Source of the DNA: Malacoraja senta
Lineage: Eukaryota
Direction of reading: 5' to 3'
Length of the DNA: 64,000 bases
Assembly (NCBI GenBank): GCA_038087875.1
Contig: JAXLNO010002228.1
Location: 1 to 64,000 of the forward strand
The translations under genes were made by a program, and so were the position numbers. This document shows, piece after piece, positions 39,790 to 53,358 of the stretch (position 1 is the first letter of the stretch; every line of letters starts with the position of its first letter). The notes beneath the pieces are model-generated. The model was not told the DNA's origin. It did no database searches and saw only the letters and a program-made list of their open reading frames with translations.

Positions 39790-40580
39790 ACTGCAGATGC
39801 TGCAGATGTTAAAATCGTAGAGAGACACAAAATGCTGGGGTAACTCAGCGGGTCAGGCAGCTTCCCTGGAGAGATGGAATGGGCATTGTTTTGGGTCGAG
39901 ACCCTTCTTCAGACTGATGTCAGGGGAGGGACAAAGATAGAATGTCGGCGGAGACAGTAAGACTGGTGGCAGAATTGGGAAGGGGGAGGGGATGGAGAGA
40001 GAAATCAAGGGCTATCGAAAGTTATAGAAGTCAATGTTCATACCGCTGGAGTATAGACTACCCAAGCGAAATATGGGGTGCTGTTCCTCCAATTTGGGCT
40101 GGGCCTCACTCTGACAATGGAGGAGGCCCAGGACAGAAAGGTCAGATTGGGAATGGGAGGGGGAGTTGAAGTGCTGAGCCACCGGGAGATCGGGTAGGGT
40201 AAGACGGACTGAGGGGAAGTGTTCAGCAAAACGATCGTCGAGCCTGCGCTTGGTCTCACTGATGTAGAGAAGTTGACAACTGAAACAGCGGATACAGTAG
40301 ATGAGGTTGGAAGAGGTGCAAGTGAACTTCTGCCTCACCTGGAAAGACTTTAGGTCCTTGGACGGAGTCGAGGGGGGACGTAAAGGGACAGGTGTTGCAT
40401 CTCCTGCGGTTGCAGGGGAAAGTATCCGGAGAGCAGGTGGTTTGGGTGTGAAGGGACGAGTTGACCAGGGAGTTTCGGAGGGAACGGTCTCTGCGGAAAG
40501 CAGAAAGGGGTGGAGATGGGAAGATGTGACCAGTAGTGGGATCCCGTTGGAGGTGGCAAAAATGTTGGAGGATTTTATGA
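39790..40580 (-). mobile_element. Penelope-like element 3' fragment (GIY-YIG endonuclease + terminal repeat)
   Basis: FTCTSSNLIYCIRC..CQLLYISETKRRL.DRFAEH...LPVAQHFN..H...EEQH.IFRLG. Confidence 0.88.
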
Positions 40581-41606
40581 TGTACTTACTATTAATGGTC
40601 CTTACTATTCTACATGTCTTCCTTGGTGAAACCAAACCTCGCCTATATCCACAAACTCCAAGCACATATTCCCTTCTATATCCTTAAGCAATCCAACTTT
40701 TGCTGCAATGGTTGCCTCGCCAACAGTATGTCTGTCCCTTCCTTCCTTGTGTCTGTTTTGTACGTGTTAAATGTATATTCTTTAGTGTTCTTTAGCTTGT
40801 TTTGGGGGTGGGGGTTGGGGGAGTTGTGGGAAACTTTTCCTAATCTCTTACCTCGACGTAGATGTGATATTTTCTGTATCGTATCTCCGTCCACAATGCA
40901 GCCTAACATTGAGGAATGGTGGCCTTTGCTAGAGATCGACCGGGAGATCCATCGCAGGAGCCTGTGGACTTACCATCATGGAGCTCGCAATCCCTGTCGG
41001 GGATCGACTTTAGGGCTCCAACTGTGAGAGCCTGCAAGACTTTAACATCGCGGAGCCCGCGGTCCCCGGTCGAGACCAACATCCGGGACCTCCAAGCCGC
41101 AGGAGTTTCGACCGCTCCGACCGCTCCGACGCGGGAGTTTCGATTCCCCAATGGGGGTTTCGACCACCGACTGCAGATTGTTTGACTGCCCCGACCGTGG
41201 GAGATAAAGAGGAAGGAGATTAGACTTTATTGCCTTCTATCACAGTGAGGAACGTGCGGGCTCCTCTGTTGTGGATGTTTATGTTAACTTTTACGTTATT
41301 GTGTGTCTTGTTGCTTTCTTTTTGTATGGTGTATGGTAGTCTGCATTTCAGTGTACCTTAATTGGTATATGTGACAATAAACTAACCATGAAACCTTGAA
41401 AAAGATGTGGGATTTTCTGTAATCCGACTCACTAAAGCCACTTTGTGGCCTTTATTAGCCCCTTTAGTTTTAAGCTTTAGAGCAGTGGTTCTTAATCTTT
41501 TTGGCCCCACGACCCCATCAGGCATTCTTGATCAGTACCGTGACCTCTAAAACAAAATTTGAAAAAAAACAGCCCAATTTATTAAAACATGTCTGCCAAT
41601 GCTCAG

Positions 41607-43359
<1,753 letters not shown>

Positions 43360-44164
43360 GGTTCACAACACACACTGTTTGTGCGTGTATACGCAGGGCC
43401 TCACAGGAATTTTATCAGTGGGTACAAAGTTTCTTTTGGGCCCCCTTCCCTTCTCCATTAGTCATCCTGTTTTTATCCACTATGCTACAGTTTTATGCCA
43501 TGAGCTGTAGCCTGCACGGCAAAAAGGGGTATGGAAGATGAGAGAGGGGTGGGATGGGGCGCTCTGTTGATTTTCTGCATTTGAGGCCTTATGTCCCTAT
43601 ACACCCTCCATGATAAATATAAATAAATATAAATAACATAAAAGGATCATCAAGCACATTTGTTTTCCTTCACTCTATAGATGCTGCCTCACCCATTGAG
43701 TTTCTCCAGCATTTTATCTACCTTTGTTTTGAACATCTTTGTTTATGCTACAATACAGATAAGGAGAAAGAATTCACATTGAAACATCCTTTTATATTTA
43801 ACCGCAAAACCGCTGGCCTGTGGCCTATAACATCCTGAAGCTGCGGTCTCCAGTAGGAAAGTGCCGAGTCGGGACCTCCAAGCCGCAGAGTGTGTTTGTC
43901 CGTCCCAACGTCGGAGTTTGGATCATCCCGACGAGAGGGCCTTGTACATCGGGCCGTCCCTAGCGGCGACTACGGAGGGGTTATGGCCCCGAACACGGGT
44001 GAACAATGGAGGACTTGCTGAAACTTGTTGCCTTCCACCACAGTGAAGAATGCTGTAGTGGATGTTTGTGTTCAATTTTATTGTGTATTGTGTGTTCTTT
44101 TTACATGTATCACTGCTGGCAAATTCACTTCACTGCACCTTCGGGTGTATGTGATGAATAAAAC

Positions 44165-44400
44165 TGACTTTGAATACTTAGCCTGGCCAAATCCACAAGA
44201 CGTTCATGAGACATTGTCGACCTTAAATAATTCTTAATCAGCTTGAGTTTGCTAAATGACCTCTCTGCAGAAGCTACTGTTGCTGGAATTGTTAATAGTA
44301 TTCTGAAGCTAACACAAACATTTGGAAACAGGTTACCAAGTCAATAGTCTGTTAACAAGTTCAACAGATCTAATGGTTTTAACTTCATTTATAAAATTCA
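44165..44400 (-). pseudogene. hAT transposase C-terminal dimerisation domain remnant (ZMYM1/Ac-like)
   Basis: Manual translation: KPLDLLNLLTDY*LGNLFPNVCVSFRILLTIPATVASAERSFSKLKLIKNYLRSTMSHERLVDLARLSIQS. Not in the ORF track. Confidence 0.85.
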
Positions 44401-44444
44401 CCCTCCCACTAACACACACATACACTCAGACACACACTCACTCA

Positions 44445-44830
44445 NNNNNNNNNNNNNNNNNNNNNNNNNNNNNNNNNNNNNNNNNNNNNNNNNNNNNNNN
44501 NNNNNNNNNNNNNNNNNNNNNNNNNNNNNNNNNNNNNNNNNNNNNNNNNNNNNNNNNNNNNNNNNNNNNNNNNNNNNNNNNNNNNNNNNNNNNNNNNNNN
44601 NNNNNNNNNNNNNNNNNNNNNNNNNNNNNNNNNNNNNNNNNNNNNNNNNNNNNNNNNNNNNNNNNNNNNNNNNNNNNNNNNNNNNNNNNNNNNNNNNNNN
44701 NNNNNNNNNNNNNNNNNNNNNNNNNNNNNNNNNNNNNNNNNNNNNNNNNNNNNNNNNNNNNNNNNNNNNNNNNNNNNNNNNNNNNNNNNNNNNNNNNNNN
44801 NNNNNNNNNNNNNNNNNNNNNNNNNNNNNT
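44445..44830. other. Assembly gap flanked on both sides by CA-rich microsatellite
   Basis: N run between acacacactcactca and actcacacacaccc. Confidence 1.
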
Positions 44831-45218
44831 ACTCACACACACCCACACACACACACACACACACACCCACCCACCCACACTTACCCACACCCACTGACCT
44901 ACACCCCCACCCACACAAATCCACCCACTTACCCACGCCCACTCTCCCACACACCCACCCCCACCCCCACCCCCACCCAAACGCAGGCCCGGACCACTGA
45001 AACAGCCGTGGCTGCCGACTCTCACCACCTCCCCGGGCGGGGACACCACAGCCACTGTCGCTGGAAAGCCCATATCTCTACTCCAGCTCCCCACAGGCCT
45101 CCGCCAGCGACTCCGCCGACACTTGCCTCTCCACCGGCCACCAGCGGGCCAGAGCCGTCACCTTCCCGGTTCAGCACCAGGCCCACAACCTCCACCATGC
45201 AGGCAGCACGTGGTCTAA

Positions 45219-46165
45219 CTCTGCTGGCTCCTAGTCCCCCTCCCCCTACAGGGAAGATCAATCAGTAGTGATGACTCTGCTGGCTCCTAGTCCCCCTCCC
45301 CCTGCAGGGAAGATCAATCAGTAGTGATGACTCTGCTGGGTCCTAGTGCTCCCCCCCCTATAGGGCAGATCCATCGGTCAGCTGGGTCCTAGTCCCCCTC
45401 CCCCTACAGGGAAGATCAATCAGTAGTGATGACTGCTGGGTCCTAGTGCTCTCCCCCCCTATAGGGCAGATCCATCGGTCAGCTGGGTCCTAGTCCCCCT
45501 CCCCCTACAGGGAAGATCAATCAGTAGTGATGACTGCTGGGTCCTAGTGCTCCCCCCCCCCTATAGGGCAGATCCATCGGTCAGTTGGGTCCTAGTCCCC
45601 CTCCCCCTACAGGGAAGATCAATCAGTAGTGATGACTCTGCTGGGTCCTAGTGCTCCCCCCCCTATAGGGCAGATCCATCGGTCAGCTGGGTCCTAGTGC
45701 TCTCCTCCTGCAGGGAAGATCAATCAGTAGTGATGACTCTGCTGGGTCCTAGTGCTCCCCCCACCCCACTATAGGGCAGATCCATCGGTCAGTTGGGTCC
45801 TAGTGCTCTCCCTCCCCCTGCAGGGAAGATCAATCAGTAGTGATGACTCTGCTGGGTCCTAGTGCTTCCCCCCCCTATAGGGCAGATCCATCGGTCAGCT
45901 GGGTCCTAGTGCTCTCCTCCTGCAGGGAAGATCAATCAGTAGTGATGACTCTGCTGGGTCCTAGTGCTCCCCCCCCCCTATAGGGCAGATCCATCGGTCA
46001 GTTGGGTCCTAGTGCCCTCCTCCTGCAGGGAGATCCATCAGTAGTGATGACTCTGTTGGGTCCTAGTGCTCTCCCTCCTCCTGCAGGAAGATCCATCAGT
46101 AGTGATGACTCTGTTGGGACCTAGTGCTCTCCCTCCTCCTACAGGGAAGATCCATCAGTAGTGAT
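45219..46165. repeat. Minisatellite, about 18 units of 50-56 bp, with A/B alternation (about 103-bp higher-order repeat)
   Basis: Unit A ctgggtcctagt...cctacagggaagatcaatcagtagtgatga; unit B ctgggtcctagtgctccccccctatagggcagatccatcggtcag. Order approximately AA(BA)7AA. Confidence 0.92.
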
Positions 46166-47163
46166 AGGTCTTCCCCTTCCCTCTCTTTTAATGAGGTTAC
46201 CCCGACCACACACCACCAGTTAAAATTCCCTGCTTTATTATGGATCACAATTTCTACGAATTACAATATATAAAACTCCGAAGGCACAAAATGTGAATGC
46301 TAGTATTCACAAAATATATGCAAACATTTTCTGAGATTTCAGGAAATTCCCACCCCCCCTCCTTCAGCTCCCGGGCTCCTATTGGACTCTGGGCCCGCAT
46401 ACGATGTACGCCCTGCACCCCCCTCTCATAGGCCCTGTGTATACGTAAGCGCATTCGTGAACAAAATATTGTGTGTGGTATGTACCTTTGTTAGGTTCCT
46501 AAAAATAGGCTCAACAAATTGATGTTCTTTACAACCCCTTCATGACCCCCGGAAAAACCCCAAACGACCCCCATGGGGGTCACGACCCCCAGGTTAAGAA
46601 CCACTGCTTTGGAGATACAGTGCTGAAACAGGCCCTTCAGCCCACACTAGGGACAATTTACAATTATACCAAGCCAATTTACCTACATCTCAGAGAAAAG
46701 CCACACAGGTTACGGGGAGAACATGCAAACTCCGTACAGTCACCACTCGTAGTCAGGTTCAAACCCGGGTCTCTGGTGCTGCAAGGCAGCAACTCGTGTA
46801 AGGCCACGATCTCTTGGCTTTGCTTATAGTTATTATCATGTTTTATCTTCTATTGTGTTCTTTTTGCTTATTGCATATAAACAAATATAAAGCTGCACAT
46901 AAGGTTGGATCTTTTCGAGGCCCGAGCTGCCCCATCTTTTACCACAAAAGTGCTTCCTATATTTAGAGAAACATAGATATAATAAGGCTCACCCCTCATG
47001 GGCATTGAAGGCTTTCTCTAAAATATGGAGACCATTAAGCTGTTCACTGCCAAGTTTATTTTTCACTATTGGCCATGACCCCTAGTGTACTCGGCAGTGG
47101 CATTGAACAGGTTAAAGATATCCAGTGATGTGTAGCTGCGCTACCTTTCCTTGGTATTCTTAA

Positions 47164-47842
47164 GGGCCTGTCCCACTTACGTGTCCTTGGCACACAAATT
47201 ATGCGACCTTGTGGTCGCGTTGAGGCGCACGGGCATCGTATGGCCGCGCGGGGCCGGTCCCACTTGGAAGCGCGGAGGGGTATGGAGTTGTGCGCGACAT
47301 CGCGCGGGGCTCCAATAATTTTGTAGTGAACGAAATCTTCGCGCGCCAACGGCCTGTCGCGGAACTGATGGCCAAAGTGGGACAGGCCCAAGACCCTGGC
47401 GCGACGCAAAGTCTCACTTTCAACAGGAGCAGAAGCAGGCGAACGATCGCCGAACTCGGCCTGGGGCTCACAGCCGTTGCAGTCCGGATCCGCCCCCACT
47501 TCTACTCCCAGAGCGGGGCCAAGAAAATTGAAGATAGACACGAAATGCAGGAGTAACTCAGCGGGACCGGCAGCATCTCTGGAGAGAAGCAATGGGTGAT
47601 GTTTCGGGTCAAGACCCTTCTTTTCAGACTGAAGAAGAGTCTCGACATGAAACGTCACCCATTGCTTCTCTCCAGAGATGCTGCCGGTCCCACTGGCTTA
47701 CTCCAGCTTTGTGTCCATCTTCAAATAACGTCACGCGCTCCAGACGGCTGTGCGTACGCATGTAATCGCACCCGACCTTCGCCGGACCATCGTGGCTCAA
47801 CGCGTAATTTGCATTCCAAGGACACGAAAGTGGGACAGGCCC
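47164..47842. mobile_element. CpG-rich PIF/Harbinger-like MITE
   Basis: About 42-bp TIR gggcctgtcccacttacgtgtccttgg... / ...ccaaggacacgaaagtgggacaggccc. taa on the left flank. No ORF. Confidence 0.8.
47528..47724. repeat. Palindromic head-to-head pair of Penelope-terminal-repeat-derived elements inside the MITE
   Basis: ttgaagatagacac...ttcagactgaag...gtgtccatcttcaa: the two halves are reverse complements centred near 47626. Confidence 0.85.
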
Positions 47843-48330
47843 CTTTACTTAGATGATTCATTCCCTCTGGCATTGATTGATGAATCAAAGTGGGGGGGGG
47901 GGGGGTGATGGAATTTGTAAGGATTTGCTGAAGTCAGTTTGCTTAAAACTGCTCACTCCTTGAAAAGGAGAGTCTGTGAACTTTAGCCCAGAGACAAAGA
48001 ACAGTTTGTGAACTCAAGGTTGTAATTGATAAAAATCTAGGCACAACTGTGAACACCAACCCTTTATTAGGATGAATGTAATGAGCTAATGCCAACCATG
48101 CCCCTGGGACCAGGAGTAATAAGGAAGGGTCAAAACTTGGATGATGTTTTCATACCAATAAGAAACTCTACAAACAATGATAGCTGAATAAAACATAATT
48201 ATGTTGTATAGATGAAGAGCCTCCTTTTCAAGCTGCTTTCTGCAGTCTTTTAGTTGTTCTGCAGATCCTTTACATTCTCTCGTCTTCGTGTTTTCAAGAA
48301 ACACCACCAATAGCCGAATGTATACTAATT

Positions 48331-50100
48331 ATAGAAACATAGAAAAATAGGCACAGGAGCAGGCCATTCGGCCATTCGAGCCAGCACCGCCATTCAATAT
48401 GATCATGCCTGCATCTAGAATCAGTACCCCATTCCTGCTTTTAGAAACATAGAAACACAGAAAATAGGTGCAGGAGCAAGCCATTCGGCCCTTCGAGCCT
48501 GCACCGCCATTCAATATGATCATGGCTGATCATCCAACTCAGTATCCTGTACCTGCCTTCTCTCCATACCCCCTGATCCCTTTAGCCACAGGGCCACATC
48601 TAACTCCCTCTTAAATATAGCCAATGAACTGGCCTCAACTACATTCTGTGGCAGAGAATTCCAGAGATTCAGCACTCTCTGTGTAAAAAATGTTTTTCTC
48701 ATCTCAGTCCTAAAAGATTTCCCCTTTATCCTTAAACTGTGACCCCTTGTTCTCGACTTCCCCAACATCGGGAACAATCTTCCTGCATCTAGCCTGTCCA
48801 ACCCCTTAAGAATTTTGTAAGTTTCTATAAGAACCCCCCTCAATCTTCTAAATTCTAGCGAATACAAGCAGAGTGTATCCAGTCTTTCTTCATATGAAAG
48901 TCCTGACATCCCAGGAATCAGTCTGGTGAACCTTCTCTGTACTCCCTCTATGGCAACAATGTCCTTCCTCAGATTAGGAGACCAAAACTGTAGGCAATAC
49001 TCCAGGTGTGGTCTCACCAAGACCCTGAACAACTGCAGAAGAACCTCCCTGCTCCTATACTCAAATCCTTTTGCTATGAATGTTAACATACGATTCGCTT
49101 TCTTCACTGCCTGCTGCACCTGCATGCCTACTTTCAATGACTGGTGTACCATGACACCCAGGTCTCGTTGCATCTCCCCTTTTCCTAATCGGCCACCATT
49201 CAGGTAATAGTCTACTTTCCTGTTTTTGCCACCAAAGTGGATAACCACACATTTATCCACATTATACTGCACCTGCCATGCATTTGCCCATTCACCTGGC
49301 CTATCCAAGTCACCTTGCAGCCTCCTAGCACCCTCCTCACAGCTAACACTGCCCCCCAGCTTCGTGTCATCCGCAAACTTGGAGATGTTGCATTCAATTC
49401 CCTCGTCCAAATCATTAATATATATTGTAAATAGCTGGGGTCCCAGCACTGAGCCTTGAGGTACCCCACTAGTCACTGCCTGCCATTCTAAAAAGGACCC
49501 GTTTACTCCTACTCTTTGCTTCCTGTCTGCCAGCAAGTTCTCTATCCACATCAATACTGAACCCCCAATACCATGTGCTTTAAGTTTGTATACTAATCAC
49601 TTATGTTGGATCTTGTCGAAAGCCTTCTGAAAGTCCAGATATAACACATCCACTGGTTCTGCCTTATCCACTCTACTAGTTACATCCTCGAAAAATTCTA
49701 TAAGATTCGTCAGACATGATTTACCTTTCATAAATCTATGCTGACTTTGTCCAATGATTTCACCATTTTCCTAATGTGCTGCTATCCCATCTTTAATAAC
49801 TGACTCTAGCAGGTTCCCCACTTCTCTCTCCCTCCCTTTTCAAAAAGTGTGGTTACATTAGCTACCCTCCAATCCTCAGGAACTACTCCAGAATCTAAAA
49901 AGTTTTGAAAAATTATCACTAATGCATCCACTATTTCTGGGGCTACTTCCTTAAGTACTCTGGGATGCACTCTATCTGGCCCTGGGGATTTATCGGCCTT
50001 TAATCCATTCAATTTACCTAACACCACTTCCCGGCTAACCTGGATTTCACTCAATTCCTCCATCTCATTTGACCCCCGGTCCCCTGCTCTTTCCGGCAGT
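48331..50100 (-). mobile_element. 5'-truncated CR1 LINE (RT C-terminal half open 48520-49554) with a second CR1 3' tail in tandem
   Basis: SGVPQGSVLGP, KFADDTKL, LVRPHLEYC. (tttctatg)n-type tail. Duplicate tail at 48331-48440. Confidence 0.93.
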
Positions 50101-50419
50101 TAATTAAGTCTTCCTTAGTGAAGACAGAACTTCAATGCCACAAATCCACCTATTTGCAGCGGTGGCTTAATCTACTAATTCAGCACATTTTGGTATGTGG
50201 GAGGAAACTGGAGAACAAACATTGTCACAGGGAGAATGCTTATACTCCACACAGACTGCACTGGAGATGATTGAACCCGATCACTGGAGCTGTGAGACAG
50301 CAGCGCTCTTTGCTATAAAGCAGTCATAGAGAGAGTCACACAGCAGGGAAACAAGCCCTTTGGCCCAACTTGTCCATGCTAATCAAGATACCCGATTTAA
50401 GCTAGTCCCATTTACCCTG

Positions 50420-50930
50420 CAATGGGTAGACATCATTCAAAACGTTTCTCTCTAGATGTCAGCTGCTCTACATCGGTGAGACCAAGCGCAGGCTTGGCGA
50501 TCGCCTCGCCCAACACCTCCGCTCAGTTCGCAACAACCAACCTGATCTCCCGGTGGATCAGCACTTCAACTCCCCCCTCCCATTCCAAATCCGACCTTTC
50601 TGCCCTCGGCCTCCTCCATGGCCAGAGTGAGGACCACCGTAAATTGGAGGAGCAGCACCTCATATTTCGCTTGGGCAGTTTACACCCCAACGGTATGAAC
50701 ATTGACTTCTTTAATTTCAGGTAGTCCTTACTTTCTCCTCCCCTACTCAGCTCTCCCTCAGCCCACTGGCTCCACCTTTTCCTTTCTTCTTCCTGCGCCC
50801 CACTCCCCCCCTCCCACCCACCCTCACATCAGTCTGAAGAAGGGTTTTCGGCCCGAAACGTTGCCTATTTCCTTCGCTCCATAGATGCTGCCTCAACCGC
50901 TGAGTTTCTCCAGCACTTTTATCTACCTAT
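50420..50930 (+). mobile_element. Penelope-like element 3' end with hammerhead-like terminal motif
   Basis: GIY-YIG C-terminal remnant (HRKLEEQHLIFRLGSLHPNGMNIDF), pyrimidine tract, then ctgaagaagggttttcggcccgaaacgtt. Confidence 0.85.
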
Positions 50931-53097
50931 GCATGTCCCTGTCCATGTGTCTTTTAAATATTGTTATTGTACCTGCCGCAACTCCATTCTCTGGCAGGTC
51001 ATTCCATATGCTGACCACTCTCTGAGCACAAAGTTTGCCCCCAAGTTCCAATTAAATCTTCCCCCTCTCACATTCAACCCATGTCCTCTGGTTATTTGAT
51101 TCCCCTTCTCTGGGTAAAAGGCTCTGGGCATACATCTATCAATTCCCCTCATGATTTTAAGCACCACTATATGATCACCCTTTCAGCCTCCTGTGCTCCA
51201 TGGAATAAAGCCCTGGCTTGCCCAATCTCTCCCTCTTGTTCACACCCTTGAGCCCCGACAATATGCTCATAAATCTCATAAACATAACAATGTTGCAGAT
51301 AATATGTGCACCATAAATAATGCAAATTAAAAAAATATTTTTGAAGGCAATATGATTCAATAAACATGGTTCAATGAATCAGATGATAATGTAATAAACG
51401 TCATTCACATGTATTCACATATAATTTGAAAATAATAATAAATATTGCAAGATGTGGAAAATTGATAGAAATTATGCCCAGTGCATAATATTTTGATGTA
51501 TTGTTCCCTGTTTGTACCCTCACCCTGTTTTAGTCCAGTTAAAGATTAATAATATAATTTGTTTAATGTGTAACCGAAGAGGTAACAAAAAGCAATGTTT
51601 TCAGAAATAATTAATCATGAATGAATGACACTTTATAGTGACATGTGACAAGTCACAGTGAAAGTCTTTGTTTTGTAAACCCAACGTATTTCAAGATTCT
51701 TCACATAAAGGGCACCGACAAAGTTATAAAGTCTCCCACACCAGGTCCTCCTTTGTCCCCCCCCCCCCCCCCCCACCCACCTCACCATGGTTCCCCCACG
51801 CCTGGTCCTGCTTTGTTCAATGGTACACTACGAATGTCATTGAATTAACACAGTAATGGTGATAGGACTTATTGATTTACAATATAAAACATGTCCAATT
51901 GCAACTTATATGGATATACAAGTGTGGTGCAGATGGATTTGGACAGCTTACTTTACAATTGGTGCCCAAGATAATTTAGAGATATAGCACGAAAACAGCC
52001 CTTAGAGTCCACAGTGACCAGTGATCCCCTTTGGCATACAGGCTTGGAGTGTGGGAGGAAACCGGGGAACCCGGGGAAATCCCACGCAGGTCACGGGGAG
52101 TACGTACAAACTCTGTACAGACAGCACCTGAGGCCAGGATCAACCCTGGGTCAATAGCACTATGGCACCATCACTACGGCTGAACCACAATGACATTTAG
52201 GTTATCCTTTAAATATTTCACACAACTTTTCATTCTAAATTTGTCAATAAAAGTAAAAACAATTGGTGAGGTACGCAAGGGATTTTAACCATTCAAAAAG
52301 CCACCAACATTTCAATGATTTGTAAAATGCTGGAAGCACAGCATTTTACAAATCATTGAAATATTGGTTACCTATGGAACCTATGGAAAGAGATACAAAA
52401 TTAATGCTTCAGAATTGTGAGAATGTGTAAGTTACAGACAGGAGTGGGAGGCATGGTTGGACATAGGGAGTATCACTGATAAGGTAATTACAGGTTTCCA
52501 TGGTGATAAACTGACAATGAAGCCATCAGACAATGGCATTTTTGGTTTTTATTTCACATTTGCAGCATCTGCAGTTCTTAGGTTAGTGACTCAGCATGGA
52601 AATGGGCCATTCTGCCCACCAATTCCATGCCAACCATCGATCATCTTTCACACTAGTTCTATGTTATCCCAAAATGGACACAAAATGCTGGAGTAAGTCA
52701 GGGGAAACACTCTGTCTGAGGAAGGGTCTTGACCTGAAAAGTCATCCATTCCTTGTATCCAGAGATGCTGCCTGTCCCGCTGAGTTACTCCAGCACATTG
52801 TGCCTATCTTTGCTGTAAACCAGCATCTTCAGTTCCTTCCTACACATCTATGTAATCCCTCTTTCCTCACCCATTCTCAGCACACAAGAGTAATTTACAG
52901 AGCCCAATTAACCTACAAACTCTCACATTTTCAAGATATGGGACGGAACCGGAGAACCTGGAGGAAATATCTGTGTTCACAGGGAGAACGTGTAGTCAGG
53001 ATCAAACCTGGGTCTCTGGCACAGCGAGAAATTTCTTTGAGATGTTTTTTTATGAACATTCATCACACTCCAAATGTATTGAAATGAATGAACTAAC

Positions 53098-53358
53098 TTG
53101 CTGTTTCGTTCTGCCTCCGCATCCATTCATCGACTTGCCCTTTGATGATTCCATGGAAACCAGTTTCAGAGACCGTATTTGTTACCCAGTAATTCCTGTC
53201 AAATGCAGCCGCCATCCATTTCTGTCTTGGAACTGTAATGACCATGTTTTTGTCATAATACTGTATCTCACAACCATCCAGTTCACCCACGACACTATAT
53301 TCTGGTAGATGAGTACTCCCGTGGTTCAGGGTGTAGTAGTAGATCAGTGTGTGAGGCC
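53098..53358 (-). CDS. MHC class I-like heavy chain, alpha1-domain exon (nonclassical-looking; lineage not assigned)
   Basis: 261-bp phase 1-1 exon between ctttgtgtctAG and GTtagt. Translates GPHTLIYYYTLNHGSTHLPEYSVVGELDGCEIQYYD...VPRQKWMAAAFDRNYW...WMRRQNETA, matching the class I alpha1 pattern (HTL.Y.YT, PE..VG.LDG..I.YYD, PRQ.WM, YW, N86 glycosylation sequon NET). Confidence 0.93.

Larger units (their letters stand above)
43394..46437 (-). mobile_element. Second hAT element nested 34 bp upstream of the outer transposase ATG
   Basis: Exact 8-bp TSD TGTATACG (43386-93; 46438-45). Termini CAGGGCCT...AGGCCCTG. Internal transposase C-terminal remnant. Confidence 0.9.

Noticed and set aside
44322-45094. 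Long ORFs spanning N runs (also 18516-18887)
   Set aside because: Artefacts of gaps and CA/GT microsatellite.
45219-46165. CRISPR-like array
   Set aside because: Eukaryotic context, no unique spacers and no cas genes. It is a minisatellite.
48086-48310. 74-aa minus-strand ORF in unique sequence as alpha2 or another exon
   Set aside because: No MHC motifs and no convincing splice boundaries.
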